Source of the DNA: Callorhinchus milii
Lineage: Eukaryota
DNA length: 64,000 nucleotides
Direction of reading: 5' to 3'
Assembly (NCBI RefSeq): GCF_018977255.1
Contig: NW_024704744.1
Span: 36,332,001 to 36,396,000, forward strand
Shown here: piece by piece, positions 28,161-41,212 of the stretch
How positions within the stretch are numbered: position 1 is the first letter of the stretch
Layout: each line of letters begins with the position of its first letter
Position numbers and translations under genes: made by a program
Notes under the pieces: generated by a model
What the model was told of the DNA's origin: nothing
Databases searched by the model: none
The model's input: only the letters and a program-made list of their open reading frames with translations

Positions 28161-29114
28161 ATCTATGTTTTTCATTAAGAATAATTTACTCTGGTTGCAG
28201 GGTTACAACTCTCCTTCAGCAAAAGAAGATGAATAAGGTAAAGGGTTGCCAAGTATGGTTCTTATCTTCGCTCATGTTTGACAATCACATATCCAAGCCT
28301 CTCAAAATTAGGGGAATATCCCTTGATGAAGTACATTATGTAAAAATGTATAATTATTCATAATAATCCATATGGAGAGTGCACATTCAGAGAATTCCAT
28401 GGTGGGCACCTGTTTTCTTAATTGTGAGCCAGTGGGAAGTTGGAGAATTAAATATGAATTGATGCAATTCATTTTTGTGGTTTGCCTGAACAGTAATGTC
28501 TTTTAACTCTGGTCATTATAATGCTAGCATCTTAGTACACAAGAAAATGGGTATTTAATGTTTGGTAACTTGAAGCAGATAGTGCTTATATTAAACCTTT
28601 CATCATGGTGTTCCTGATGCAGGCCAGCCAAGATTTTTTTCAGATATACATTGTTCAAGGTAAAGAATGAAAAAGTCAGAACAATTATATTTTTAAAAAT
28701 CCACAGTACAGAATGTATGAAAGTCACTTTCTTTGGTCTAGGTTTGCTAGAGAGCTGAAATGGCCTAATTAGGGGCAAATTTTGTGCAGTGCACTCCTGT
28801 CCTTTGAGGACTGGTTTAACACAACCAACTCTCAAGCCATTTGTGCTTCTTAAGTGTTGTCAATAACTGCTGACATCCATCACTTCTTCTTGGATTAGGC
28901 CAGAATCGGAGTCTCTAGTGGTAAAAGTTGCTTGCTGAGTGCTTAGCACAGAAAATATGAATCATAATATTTAGAACATTCTTAGAATCGTACTTCTGAT
29001 GCAAAATGAGAGTGCTATTTAAATAGCAAACCCATCGGGGCACAGCAGACTGGAACGCAGGCTAAGCAATGGAAGATTGCGGCTTTGTACACTCTTAGAA
29101 TTTGCTCTGCAGAA

Positions 29115-29550
29115 GAGAGCAATGTGGTTGATCCCCAATGTTAGAGGATTGAGCTACAAGCAATGATTAGACAAGCGAAGGCTCTTTAGTCTTGAAAGAT
29201 GACATCTCAGAAGGGACCTTATAGAGGTATATAAAATTTTAATTAGGACTGAACACTGAATAATACTTTCAGTTCCGATAAGACACTAACACACTAAGTA
29301 TTATTCGGTGTCCACATTTGTCCTTTGCAGCTTTAAACCCATGTCTTTCAAGACAGTTACCAGGAAGAATGTCTTTACCCAAAGCACAATTAACAAGTGC
29401 AACAGGTTACCAGGAAGGGTGGTTGAGACCAGGTTGTTGGATTAGTTTAAGAGACAGCTTGATGGTGTAACGGGAAGATGGTAGAGTGGAAGGATGAGAT
29501 CAAATGAGCCAAAAGGCCTTCCTCATCTGAATGAACCTTGTAATTCGTAT
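29115..29550 (+). mobile_element. Decayed CR1 3' fragment
   Basis: ttagacaagcgaaggctctttagtcttgaaag...agggaccttatagaggtatataaaat; similar to 63090-63480. Confidence 0.7.
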
Positions 29551-30414
29551 GAACTTCTGCTATGGGTGTTTGGGTTATGAATTCAGGCCCTATTGGTAAT
29601 AAGAGATGGAAAGATAGTCATTTGACATACATCAGCCTAATCCAGCTGTGCAACCTGGACCTATCCCAATTCACAGAACACACTTTTACTTTGTCTGTTT
29701 TAGCATTAAACAATAAATAATGAACGTTAATCGCTGTTTCATATTGGATTTTCTAACAGTAGTTAATATTCTCTTCCACATCTCTCCAAAATGTAATGTC
29801 ATTAGGATGCATTAAAACAGTTGCTTATTTTAAAGATCATTTAAAAAAGGTTGCAACTAAAACAACATAATGAAGAAAAATAAACAGATACCATTACAAA
29901 ATAATGAGATTCCTTTTTTTTTCTCTTTACTTCCAATAACAACGATGGTATGACCTTGCTTCTGACTGTCCTTTGACCTCCTCCCTCCCCATTCTGATTA
30001 TTATAGCCATGCTTCATTATGATGGTATGGCATTTTGCCAGTCCAATTGGGCTCAATTACTTCAGAGCCCATCAATGACAATCCCTGTGACAACTATTTC
30101 CCCTTGTCATCTGAGGTTGGGAGTCAGCAGTGCCTTCAAATATTCTATCCCTTATTATCTCTTTCGCTTGCAAGATCTAAGTTTGCCAGCTGTAGGTATG
30201 CCAAAGTACATAGTCGAGCAATGGAATAGATCAAGCGATCTTGCAAATCATATCCATGTCCATTGAATACTAATTTACCCATCGATTTGCAAGTGACTTC
30301 TTTTAGCATGGAATATCTACCGTAATACTATTGCTCAGAATTAAAACACTGAGAAAATGTTTTACAATGAACAACATTAGTAGGCATATCTTTATTCGTT
30401 ATGTAAGGTTATTA

Positions 30415-31000
30415 AACTTGGTCTGTGTTCCCTTGAATTTAGAAGATTGAGGGATGATCTCATGGAGTGTTTAAAATGGATTTGATAGCGTAGCTACAGA
30501 GAAACTATTTCTTCTGGTGGGGGAATCCAGAACAAGGGGGCATAATTGTAAGATTAGAGCTAGGCCATTTAAGAGTGAAATCAGGAAGCATTTTTTCACA
30601 CAAAGGGTAGTGGAAATTTGGAACTCCCTCCCAAATTGTTGTAGATGCTGAATAGATTCAAATTTCCAGACTGAGCTCAACACCCTGTAGTTGGTCAATG
30701 TGGCGGATGCTTTCTGGGGCTAATTATCCCTTCAAAACAAAAAATAATTTGTTTACTAAATCCATGACTGTGTGTGGCACACTGCTGTGTACAATTGGCG
30801 GCCGCATTTTGCCTATAAAATACATACTCACTACATTTTACAGTTTATTCTGTGTAGTGCTTTGAGACATCCCAACAATGTTATAAGGCGTTATATCAAA
30901 GACAAAGATTGTTATTATTATTATCAGCCATGATCTAATAGAATGGTGGAACAGGCTCGAGGGGTTGAATGGCCTATTCCTATTCCTATGTCCCTATGTT
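30415..31000 (+). mobile_element. CR1 3' end with a nested SINE fragment at ~30690-30923
   Basis: gaatttagaagattgagggatgatctcat...ttcacacaaagggtagtggaaatttggaactc; after the SINE tail it continues tcagccatgatctaatagaatggtggaacaggctcgaggggttgaatggcctattcct. Confidence 0.85.
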
Positions 31001-31284
31001 CAATTCAACTTTTAGAAATCTTGATTTTCAGAAAAAAATGAGGACATTCAGCTCCTTTTGCCTCTATAACCCAAAGGGTTAATGAGCAGGGGAAAGCTTT
31101 ACCAGAATTTTTTTCAGAAAATATCAGAGATAATGTGAAGATACATCAGAAATTTGAGCCTATTAAGGTTTTATTCCAGGCTTCTCAATTTCATTTACTT
31201 TAAGAATTTTTCATTTAATTAATTTAATATTTATTAATTAATTTCATATTTTAGAAGCTAAGATCCTAAATTACTTCAGGGGTT

Positions 31285-31790
31285 TCAATTTGCCTCGGTA
31301 GGCAGCACTCGCCTCTAAGTTGGAAGATTATAGATTTGACCCTCATCAGAACCTGAACTCATAGTCCTGCCTGATACTCCAGTGCAGCACTGGAGGAGCA
31401 CTGCATTGTTGAAGGTAACATCTGTTGAATGAGATGTTAAATGGAGGATCCATGTTGAAATGGACACTAAAGATCCAATGCTTTCCAGAATTAGGTAAGC
31501 AGGATGCATCCCTCAATGAAGAGAGTATAAATTCCATTCCAATGAACATCTCTGGAATTTCCTTGTACATGTGGGATGCATGGAACTATCTGTTTGGCTT
31601 GGATACTCTTAAGCATGGTGATGGGCTTCCCCATATGTCAGATACCCAGCTGACCAAAACAAGATCCAATGATGTTACTCATCTCCTAATGTCCAGGCCA
31701 ATAATCCACCAGATAGTTTGATCATCCACCTCATTAGTGGGACCTTGCTAAGATAAATGGCCACCACATTCGCCAACCAAATTTATTGGC
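31285..31790 (+). mobile_element. Deu-type SINE split by an unclassified ~180-bp insertion (31488-31670)
   Basis: Head and core run to aaagatccaatg; the Deu-like part resumes ctaatgtccaggccaataat...gtgggaccttgct. Confidence 0.55.
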
Positions 31791-32333
31791 TTAAAAGAAT
31801 TGATGAATCTTTTCATCATGTCCCTAAATCAATACGTCAGTTATCATTTGAGATGGTCTTTTACTGTGTACAAGCCATGACCAAATGTTCTAAATAGTAA
31901 GAAAAGTCCTGATTTTCAGCAATCTTCTCCTTTTGCGATGAGTATCTATTGTTGGGCTGAGGGATATACTTAATTCTATTTTATATTATGGTTGAAAATT
32001 TGATATGCACAAAGTGGAAGTGGTTGTGATAGTGGTGGCTGAAATTGCACAGATTTGCCTTCAAATTTGGTAAAAAAAATCAATGAACATAAATTCAGAA
32101 ACAATCATGATATTGAAAGGATATTTTGTGACTGTGTTTTTGCTTTGAAATCTTTTGTCAGACCTATTAGACATTTTTTCATTTGAGAAAGGTGCTGAAA
32201 ACAAAACTTCAGTTGTGATCGAAAACTGGAAGCCATGATTGTGACGAGCAGTTTGCTGCAAAACATAGTAAAGTGGAGAGTGTCTGTCTATAAATCTCAT
32301 AGAGAAAAATACTAGCTTTGCATCACCCTAGCC

Positions 32334-32552
32334 CAGGGTGGTCCAACTGGTGGCCCACGGGCCGCATCCAGCCTGCAGGCTAATTTCATCCTTCCATCCC
32401 CCACTCCATTTCATCTGGCCCACCCACTCCCTCCATAACCCATAAATGTTATGTTTCTGGAAGGAAAACACAAAAATATTTCTTACGCAGCCTGTGGACG
32501 TTTCTCAAATAGGGCATCCAGCCTTCAGCTGCCAAAAGGTTGGACCACCTAG
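32334..32552. mobile_element. hAT/Charlie-like MITE remnant
   Basis: Terminal inverted repeats cagggtggtccaac ... gttggaccacctag and subterminal tggcccacgggccgcatccagcc; no matching 8-bp TSD. Confidence 0.6.
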
Positions 32553-35419
32553 CTAAAGGGAGACAATCCTGTGTCCCATTACCTATCTCTAGCCACCTCT
32601 TACTGTTCCCGCCAGGCAAAGCAAAGCCCCCCTTTTCTGGATAGTTATTATTCACTATAGAAGGTGATAATCCTAGCCAACCGTAAGGGAGCTATCATTG
32701 TCTTAATTGGCCCTGAAATTTGAAAGAGGCCTTTGTGTGCTAGCTGATCACTCACCAACCTCTCAACACCTTCCGGAGAGGAAGGGGGAAGAACATTGGA
32801 GAAAAACATAATTGTAAAAAAGGTAGTTCACCTAACATTGTCTATTATTTTCTAGCCTAAAGTAATCAAAAGCTTACCCAATACCAAAACATCCAGACTA
32901 ACATTGATAATGGTGTTTAGAGTTGTGAAACTCTAACACAGCTCTAGGATTGTAGTCAGGTTTCCTATATTGAAGTTATTAAGCTTGTTAATTTTTTATA
33001 AGTGAACTCTGCCTGAAAGAAGTCGGTGCTTAGCTGCCTTCTCCTGTCCATCTGTCAGTGTATTGCTGTGTATGTGACAGTGTTGGATAATAGCTCCGGG
33101 GTATTTGATATTCTTTGTAATGGTGTTAATCTGCTTTTGCACCATGTGAAGTATCACAGAGGCTTATGAGTACCTAGTACAAATACATTCATTCCTTCTG
33201 AATTCAGCTTTTAACAAAAGCACAGAGGGTTTGCACTTGGTGCTTCAGTGAAACAAAACTAAAGCAGAACGGTTTACAACCACGTTTGTTTATATAGCAC
33301 TTTCCACATGGGAAGACATTCAAAGTGCTCCTCACAGTTGACTGGAAGCCAAGCTGATGAGGAGGGGTGAAGCTAAGGAGGGTGGGAGGAAAGGTGATCA
33401 AAAATATGGTCAACCAGAGAGACTCTGGGATAGAGTTCTAGCAAGTAGGGCCTGACCTAGACAAAGGGGTAAAACAAGTAGATGCAACATCTAGTCATTT
33501 AGTTAAATATTCTTTTATATACATTTAGTCCGATGCCATGTTGTCTCAGGTAGTATCATGCTTGTGAAAAGATTGAAGGTCCAAACTCCAAATCAAGATG
33601 TAGGTTCTCAGTCTACCAAGAAAGCTTAACCTGGTGTGCACATGGGCTGATAACTGGCAAACAAAGTTCAATCCAGATAAACGTAGGTCCTGAATATAGG
33701 AATTAAAACTAGAAGGCAGAAGTAACCAATGGGATAGAACTTGCCAATTGGGAGTTCGAAAGAGAACTTAAAGTAGTAGCTCAATCACACACCATGTTAA
33801 AAAAAGTGTGCTGTGTACAAAATAGTTACAGCATTAAGAACAGCTATTACACTGTAGTTTTTACTGCAAAGTGCTTTTCAATGTGATAAGCTGCAAATTA
33901 TTTCTACTGTTGTACACAAGCATATATTTATAACAATCTTTATGGAATTTTACGATTTCACCCTGAGAAATATAAAATAATAACTATGAAAATGTTTGAG
34001 GGAACATTTAAACAGGGCTGTGAACTTCATCTAAAGCATCTAGAAAACAGATTTTGTATTCCAGCATGAAATGCCACGGTTAGCAATGGAGCAAATAGCA
34101 TATGCAAAATAGGGCACTCTTACAAATGTCAATTTAGATTAATTAAATATATTAATAGAAATAAATGGCTGAGTTTAAATTTCAGATCATTCTTATTTCG
34201 GGAGCAGTCAAAATGAAACATTAACATTTGAGCTGCACACATATATTGGGTTTTTATCATATTATGATGACATTAGTACAGTTAATATATATTCAGGAAT
34301 GGAGCTACTTTAAAATAATTAGTTTAGCAACATAAAACGACCAATTGTAGTGTTATGCATTCAGCAATAAATCAAGTTTGTATTATAGAATGAGCCCTGA
34401 GCTGAATCAGAAATGCAACCTTTTTTGAACTTGACCAAATTGGAGTGGTTTGTTATCCCTAGCAGTTAATGGTTTGGGTTGTTTCAACCCTTTTAAGTTC
34501 ATGCTGAGAATGATTCAGATGTGTGCAATTACATCCGTTTTAGACACAGAAACATTCAAGCACCCTTACAAACTGCAATGTGCCTTGTTGTAGCGAAGCA
34601 AAAAAAAACTAGGCTGCTTGCTTGAATCATTCTTAATTATATGTTAGGCCTATTTTTATTCAGCTCATGAGTGAGATCGCTGGGGGTGGTAATAGTTGAA
34701 TTCAGTGTGAGTTGGATAAATTTGACACTTACATCTTTGAGATGAAGCAGTGAAAGAAAGCTGCTGTTTCTCTTTCTCTCAGGGTGGAAGCGACAGGCTT
34801 ACAAAAAAGGGTTGGCAGAGGGCAAAGATCCAGCATAGTGGTTGGATTTGAGCAGTAAATGAGGGGAGAGATCTGCAGAGGCTGGTCCAGTGAGAGAGAT
34901 ACCAGGAGCACTGAAATACCCAAGTGGCATAAAAAACTGAGGAGAAGTAGAAATAAAATAAAACTAATTGCTCTTTGAGAAAGATGGCATTCCATGGAGA
35001 GTTCCTTTCCTCTGAATGATAAAAAATGGTAAGAATCCAGGGAAGAGAAAACAGTTCATAGAAAATATTGATGGCTGAGAAAAATCACAAAGACAATTGC
35101 ATAGACGTGTTCTACCTTATTTTTATGAACGGCCCATTGTAGTGTTGATGGTGACGTGTACAACACCTTTCACAAAGGATAACATGTCGAAAGACTTAAC
35201 AGTAGTATAGTAATAATTTAATAAGAAAAAGCCATTCCAGTAGCTGGGATTGTAAATCTCAACTCTTGCTTAAAAATTAAAAAAGCAGCCAGAGGAAGAA
35301 TCCTACTCCTGAAGGTAAGAGGTTGTTGAGTCCCAATCCTGACATTAAGGTCAGCTTACAATTTATTGAGCCTTCTTTAATTATTCCTGATGATAACAAA
35401 CTGCATTTGGAATATTACA

Positions 35420-35700
35420 ATTTTCATGAAGAGAGAGGACTGGATGTGTTTGACAATTTAATCTTCATCTTGCCATCAAGGCTTTTCTTTAATGAGTCCA
35501 GCATCTTGGTCTCAACCACCCTTCCTACTAACTGGCTCCAGGTGTTAATTACCCTCTGTGTAAAGAAATACTTCCTGGCTTTGAAATTGTCCTGCTCAGC
35601 TTTAAACCGTGCCCATTTTTTTTTACTGCCTTGGTGTATCTGAGAGTGTTGTTCTGGATTTACTTTTGAATCCTATGTAGCATTTCATCTACCTCTAAAG
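35420..35700 (-). mobile_element. Decayed CR1 fragment
   Basis: tcaaccacccttcc...ccaggtgttaattaccctctgtgtaaagaaatacttcctgg. Confidence 0.6.
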
Positions 35701-38700
35701 ATTTTCTCCACACAAATTGTGCTTGTGACTATCACATATCCACTACAGCATATCTGTACTTACACACAACTAGGATTTTTGGCATCCACCTATGTTTTAA
35801 CATACTATATCTGTCATTTTCTTTCTTTACAGAGGAACTAAGTCCCTCTACAGTTCAGAGTACCACAGTAGTATAGGTCATACCAGTCTGTGTAAACATC
35901 CAACATTTATGTCTCTGTGTCTCCACAAACTAATGAATCACACAAGAACTTTGGAAAAGAGAGATATTATTTAGGGGACCTAATTGAAATTTTCAAGATT
36001 GTGAAGGAAATTAAGAAAGCTGATTCAGCCAAATTATTAACTAAGATAAATCTTTCACATGTTAGCGGCACAGGTAAAAACATAGGAAGTTAGTGGTAAG
36101 AGGGAGAATCAGTAAAACTTTTCCACTCACAGGGAAACAAATTTGTGCAAGAAGTCATCAGTAAAGGCCACTGAAATGAATAGTGTACTTGAGTTCAACT
36201 GTCAAGTGGATGTGTTTCTGGAATGGGAAGGGATTAATCTGCTTGGTTTAGGTTGTAGCATTTTCACCTTTGAGGCAGAATGCCCCATTTGAGACATTTC
36301 AACTGACGCTCCAGTGTAGTTACAGAAGTTTCTTCCAATGTCCTGGCTAACAATATGCCAGATAAAATTGGACATTCATTTCATGGCTGTTTGTGGGGCA
36401 TTGTTGTGTGCAAATTGGTTGTTGATCTCATCTCCAAAATACATAGTCACTATACTTTACAGTAAATCTTGTGAAGCACTTTGAGACATCCACCCAACAT
36501 TAGTATGGTCTTGTCAATTTATCTTCAGGTGAATATTAAAGATCCTATGACACTAATGGAAAAGAGAAGGGAGAATATTTTATCTGACAAACAATCCAGA
36601 TAATGATGGTCCTATCCTTTGTTCACTTACAAAGCATGTAGAATTCCCACAAGCTGTGGGTAAATTGTGAAGCTAATGAGAGGTTGCAATTCTTGCCTGA
36701 TTTGATGAATAGAGAGGTATAGAAATCGATGGGGAAAGTCTTGATAATTGACTGTTAGAGATCAAACAAGATATCGGTAATGTTTTTTTTCAACCATGTA
36801 CACTATGATAGAAAATACGTTGGAAAGAGTTGGGACTCGAAGAATTGATTATACACCTGAATCTTAGATCATGTCTTGTACCAATAAATGTTTGCACAAT
36901 GGTCCACAGAGGAAGAAAAGGCATAACATATAAAATATACATTTATATAGTATCTTTCCCAATAAGTCTAAATAAAGCTTGAAGATCAGATTTGGAAATT
37001 CTGAAATATTTTAACTTTAATCTCTTATTCATGACATTTGTTGCATATGCCATTGCATTTTCCGAGTGATTGACACAATTAGAAATGTTTATAACATTAG
37101 AGCTTTTACCTGTTATCCTGTTAACGAACTAAAACAAGAATAATGTTAAGATAGATTTCCAAGGTTGGGGTTCTTACCTGGTTCATGTGCCCGCATGAAA
37201 GGTGAATGTAAAACTAAAGATGTCTTAGCATACATCAAAACAAGAATGTTTCAAGCATAAATGTCATCAGTCACCCTGGTGCAAAGCTCATTGAGCAATA
37301 TCATATAGAAATTGTAATGTGCAACCCCATTTTCTGTAAGGATTAGGTTAGTAGTCACTAGATTTATGACCCAAGGTAAAGCCTACATGAAGTAATGAGG
37401 ATTCAAAGTAATTAAAAAATGGAGTTTGTTAAAATTAAAATCTTAATATGACTCAGCATGAGTAAGAATTCTCTAGTTATAATGAGATATTAGTTATGCT
37501 ACTGTCATCCAAAATAAATATAGCAGTACAGGTGGATAGAATTAAGGAGCACAGAATCTCAGGGTTATATTTAACTCTTGCAGTGTTATTTTATTTGGTC
37601 AGTCAGGTGTTTGACCCATGAAACCCATTACCATACTTATGGGTAGCCAACCAGACTGAGAGTTCATATGTATGCCACCGACACATAAAATTTTTACCAG
37701 TGTCTGGAATAGATTGTACACTTTCTCCCTGGATGGATACACTCTGCTGACTTAATTCTGGAGAATATTAGGTGCAGGTTGGCAAAACCTAAAGCATGGA
37801 GTAGGGGTTGTATACCATTCCCTGATTGGATTTCGGGAACGCCATCACCAGACAGGATCCCAGGTTTCTGGGGTGCTGTATGGTAATGGTGCTCCCAAAA
37901 TTCCAGGATTGCAACCGTTTACATGGAGACCCCAAGAGAGTACATTGGGGCACTGCTGGAGTTTAACCATGCAGCTTGCCATTGAGGGCAAACTTCCTGC
38001 TGCTTGTCCAACTAGGACCCAGTCAGCACCTTGGGACGTCATTGTTGTTGTTGTTGCTATCAAATAGGGCTTTGGCTTGCAGGGTTAACAGAATCCGAGT
38101 GAAAAGAATCCCTGCCCCTTGACTCGACTGAGCATGCTGACTGGTCTGTCATTAACAGTGTCCTGGAGTACCTCTGACCTGCTTTCTCAGGAACCGGATA
38201 CCAAAACAATGACAAAGCATTGACTCATTCCTGACATTTTGTTCCTGCAATTTCACAGCCAGCTTCACTCCAAGGAGACCCTGCTTACTTCTCCTTATTC
38301 CCCCACCCATAGAATAGTATGAATTTCTATAGAAGGTTACTCTCCAAATTCCAGAATTGAGCAGGATTATTGGCCCAGAGATACATGATCATTAGAAAGA
38401 TCAAATGAAGATAGAACATAGCAAATGAAGCCAAATGTTTGATACAAGGCTTGAAAATATTAGCTTGTTATATTATCTAAGGATGGCACATATTAACTAT
38501 ACATCTAAAGGGTGAGAAAAGAGACTGCCAAAGAACAGAGGGAAGGAGAAGTATCAAATAGTCAAATAGCTGAAAGCTTGAAAAGAATAAAATATTGATG
38601 CCGTGTGAATGGGGAGAAAATGAATTAAAATGCTGCAGTGATGACCCATGCACTTCAGTGTTGAGAGCCAAAAAGAAGGTGCAAGCCTTAACATTGGCCC

Positions 38701-39272
38701 TCCCAACAGGAGAGGCAGAGCATATAAATTCTTGTAATTTATTGTGTTTTTATAACCAGTCTGTAGTACAGATGATCTTATTCTGTTAAGTTCAGCAGTG
38801 ATTTAATTGTGGCTGTGTGATAAAGGACTGCTGCAACTTCTATGGAATATTACATTTCTCCAAATTTCGGCTTGCCTTTTCCTTTTCAAGAGCATGTTTA
38901 TTTTTTGGGTGCTGAAATACACAAAATGTATGAAACATGTGTATATAAAAGGAAATGTTAAATTATTAGTACTTCTTAGTATTCAGATACTCAGCAGTTG
39001 GAATTAGAAGTGAGAGCACTTGACATACACACACATACATGCATACTTCCTACCTGGGGACAACTGGATAGCATTCGACAAGTTTCCTGGTTTATTTTTT
39101 CATCCCTCCCTAACTGAGGCACTAGAGCCAATTGTAGATCCCCAACTTCTATTCTGGTTGATATTAAGTACCTCAACACAGAGTGAGAAGGAAATCTCGC
39201 AACCTTCTAGTCTATATGACTCAGTATTACATTGGACAGTTCCATGACCAGCTCAGTCATCGGGAAAACTCT

Positions 39273-39985
39273 TACAACAACCACAAAATTATATTTGTAT
39301 AGCGCCTTTCACGTCGGGAGGACATCCCAAGGCACTGGACAATCAGTGTTTCAGACTCAAGCTGGGGGTCGGGATCGGGGAGGGTGGAGAGCAGGGGGGG
39401 GGAAGGAGGTTGACCGAAGGCACGGTCGAAGAGGAAGGTCTTGAGACAAGTCTTGAAGGAGGCAAGAGGGTGGGGGGCGAGGTGCAGGGACTGTGGGATG
39501 GAGTTCCAGAGGGTGGGGCCAGAGTGGCTGAAGGCCCGCCCGCCAATGGTGGGGCGGGCAAGGCAGGGGATGTGTGAGGCATGAAAGACTGGGCAGAGGA
39601 ACCAGTTGATGATGAAGAAGAGGAGCCTGGGGTTGGCCGTGGCCTCCAGGATTGTTTTGGAGTAGAAGGATGATTTAGTAGAGCCGAGAGCAGAGCGGTA
39701 TGATTTGATAAGATCCAGCCAGATCTGCTGATGGACTGTTAAGTTGGATTTGAGCCAGGTGCGTTCAGCGATATGCAGCTGGGCCTTAAGGGAGCAGAGG
39801 TTGCTGGTGTACCAGTCTGACTTCCATGAGTAGGAGACGGTTCTGGAAGTGAGGGGGCAAGAGCATCAAGAGTGGTGTAGAGGGAGTTGTGGAAGAGAGT
39901 GACTGAGGAGGATAGGTCATTGCGGGAGGAAGCCCAGAGTTGGAGGTGTTCAGATGACTCCAAGGCAGTGGAGAGGGGGGAGGGT
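39273..39985 (-). mobile_element. Internally deleted L2 (3' end fused to an upstream ORF2 segment)
   Basis: 3' tail at 39273-39580; 39590-39985 encodes LFHNSLYTTLDALAP and QIWLDL...FYSKTILE-like EN/RT linker motifs. Confidence 0.75.
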
Positions 39986-40887
39986 GAGATTTTTACAGAT
40001 TATATACCTGTTTTTCCAAAATTTGCTTTTTCCAATATTTCCCTTTTCTGTTTCTCCCAGAGATAGTTGCTCTTGCTGCAGTACTCCCATGCTATACTCA
40101 ACCAGCGAGCAAGCAGGTCTTTCTTATGAGCAACATCAATGCCCATCTTTGAATGACTTGCCAGACATTCTGCTTGAGTAATAGAAAATGAAATTCACCT
40201 AATGTTTCTTTTTTTCCCAAGATAACCATCATTCATTTGTAAGTTCAGGTTATGGAGCATCAAAGAACACCTCAAGATAAAAAGAAAACATAATTCTTTG
40301 GAACAGATTCACAGTGCATTGATCTGCTCGTAGACAACCTTCACTTTCAACAGATGCTTTACTAAGCAGTTTTGGCTTAATACTTAATAAATGTAATCTT
40401 TTATTTTTACTTTGTTTATAATCAGAAACCACATTTGTGTTACGAATTTCATTAAGCTTTACAGAGGTATTGCAAGTGTTAAAGCAGAGCACAATAAAAC
40501 ATGTTGCATGAAATTGCATCATTCATGTAAGTGCTGTGGGGATTTGGATTACCTCATTTTGCTGTTATCCATTTATGTTCAACTGTCTAGATGTAGATTT
40601 AATTTTTTTGGGCAAGTAAGTTTATAACAATGAGGATTTTTCATCCATAGGAATATACATTACCAGAAAGAACCATTGCAATGCACACAGCCAAAGCCAA
40701 TAACAACTTTTAATAAGGATTATAGTGATGCTGTTTGCTGCTAAATTGGTTTTCAACTTCTATTCATTTGATATTTTGTTTACAATATATTATATGTTAG
40801 AGTTTCAAAAAGATGTGTGCTGACACTTCATTACGTATACTTAAAACACTTTCAAAAAGTGTCAGCGTGGCACATTTGGAAGCATTC

Positions 40888-41212
40888 TGGTTCGATTCCC
40901 AGCAGATTGAAACATTGGGCAAGTTTCCTCACTCCACACGCCTCTGTTTACCTAGCAATAAGTAGGAACCCGGTTGTTACTCGACTGGGGGATTGCTTTT
41001 CTAGGGGTAATAATTCATTCAAAATAAATAAAAATTATTTGGTTACTCAATCCACGACTGTTTGTGGGACACTGCTGTGCGCAAATAGCTGCTGCATTTC
41101 GCCCATAAAATATACAGTCAATTCACTTTAAAGTATATTCTATGAAGTGCTTTAAGATGTCTCGAAGACATGATAAGGTGCAATATCAAATGCAAGGCTT
41201 ATTATTATTATT
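40888..41212 (+). mobile_element. SINE, long subfamily, starting at the B box
   Basis: ggttcgattcccagcag...ttgggcaagtttcc...tcaaatgcaaggcttattatt. Confidence 0.88.

Noticed and set aside
40040-40180. Strong acceptor-like site (also near 19370 and 35830)
   Set aside because: No convincing donor and no recognisable peptide; it cannot be called without RNA data.
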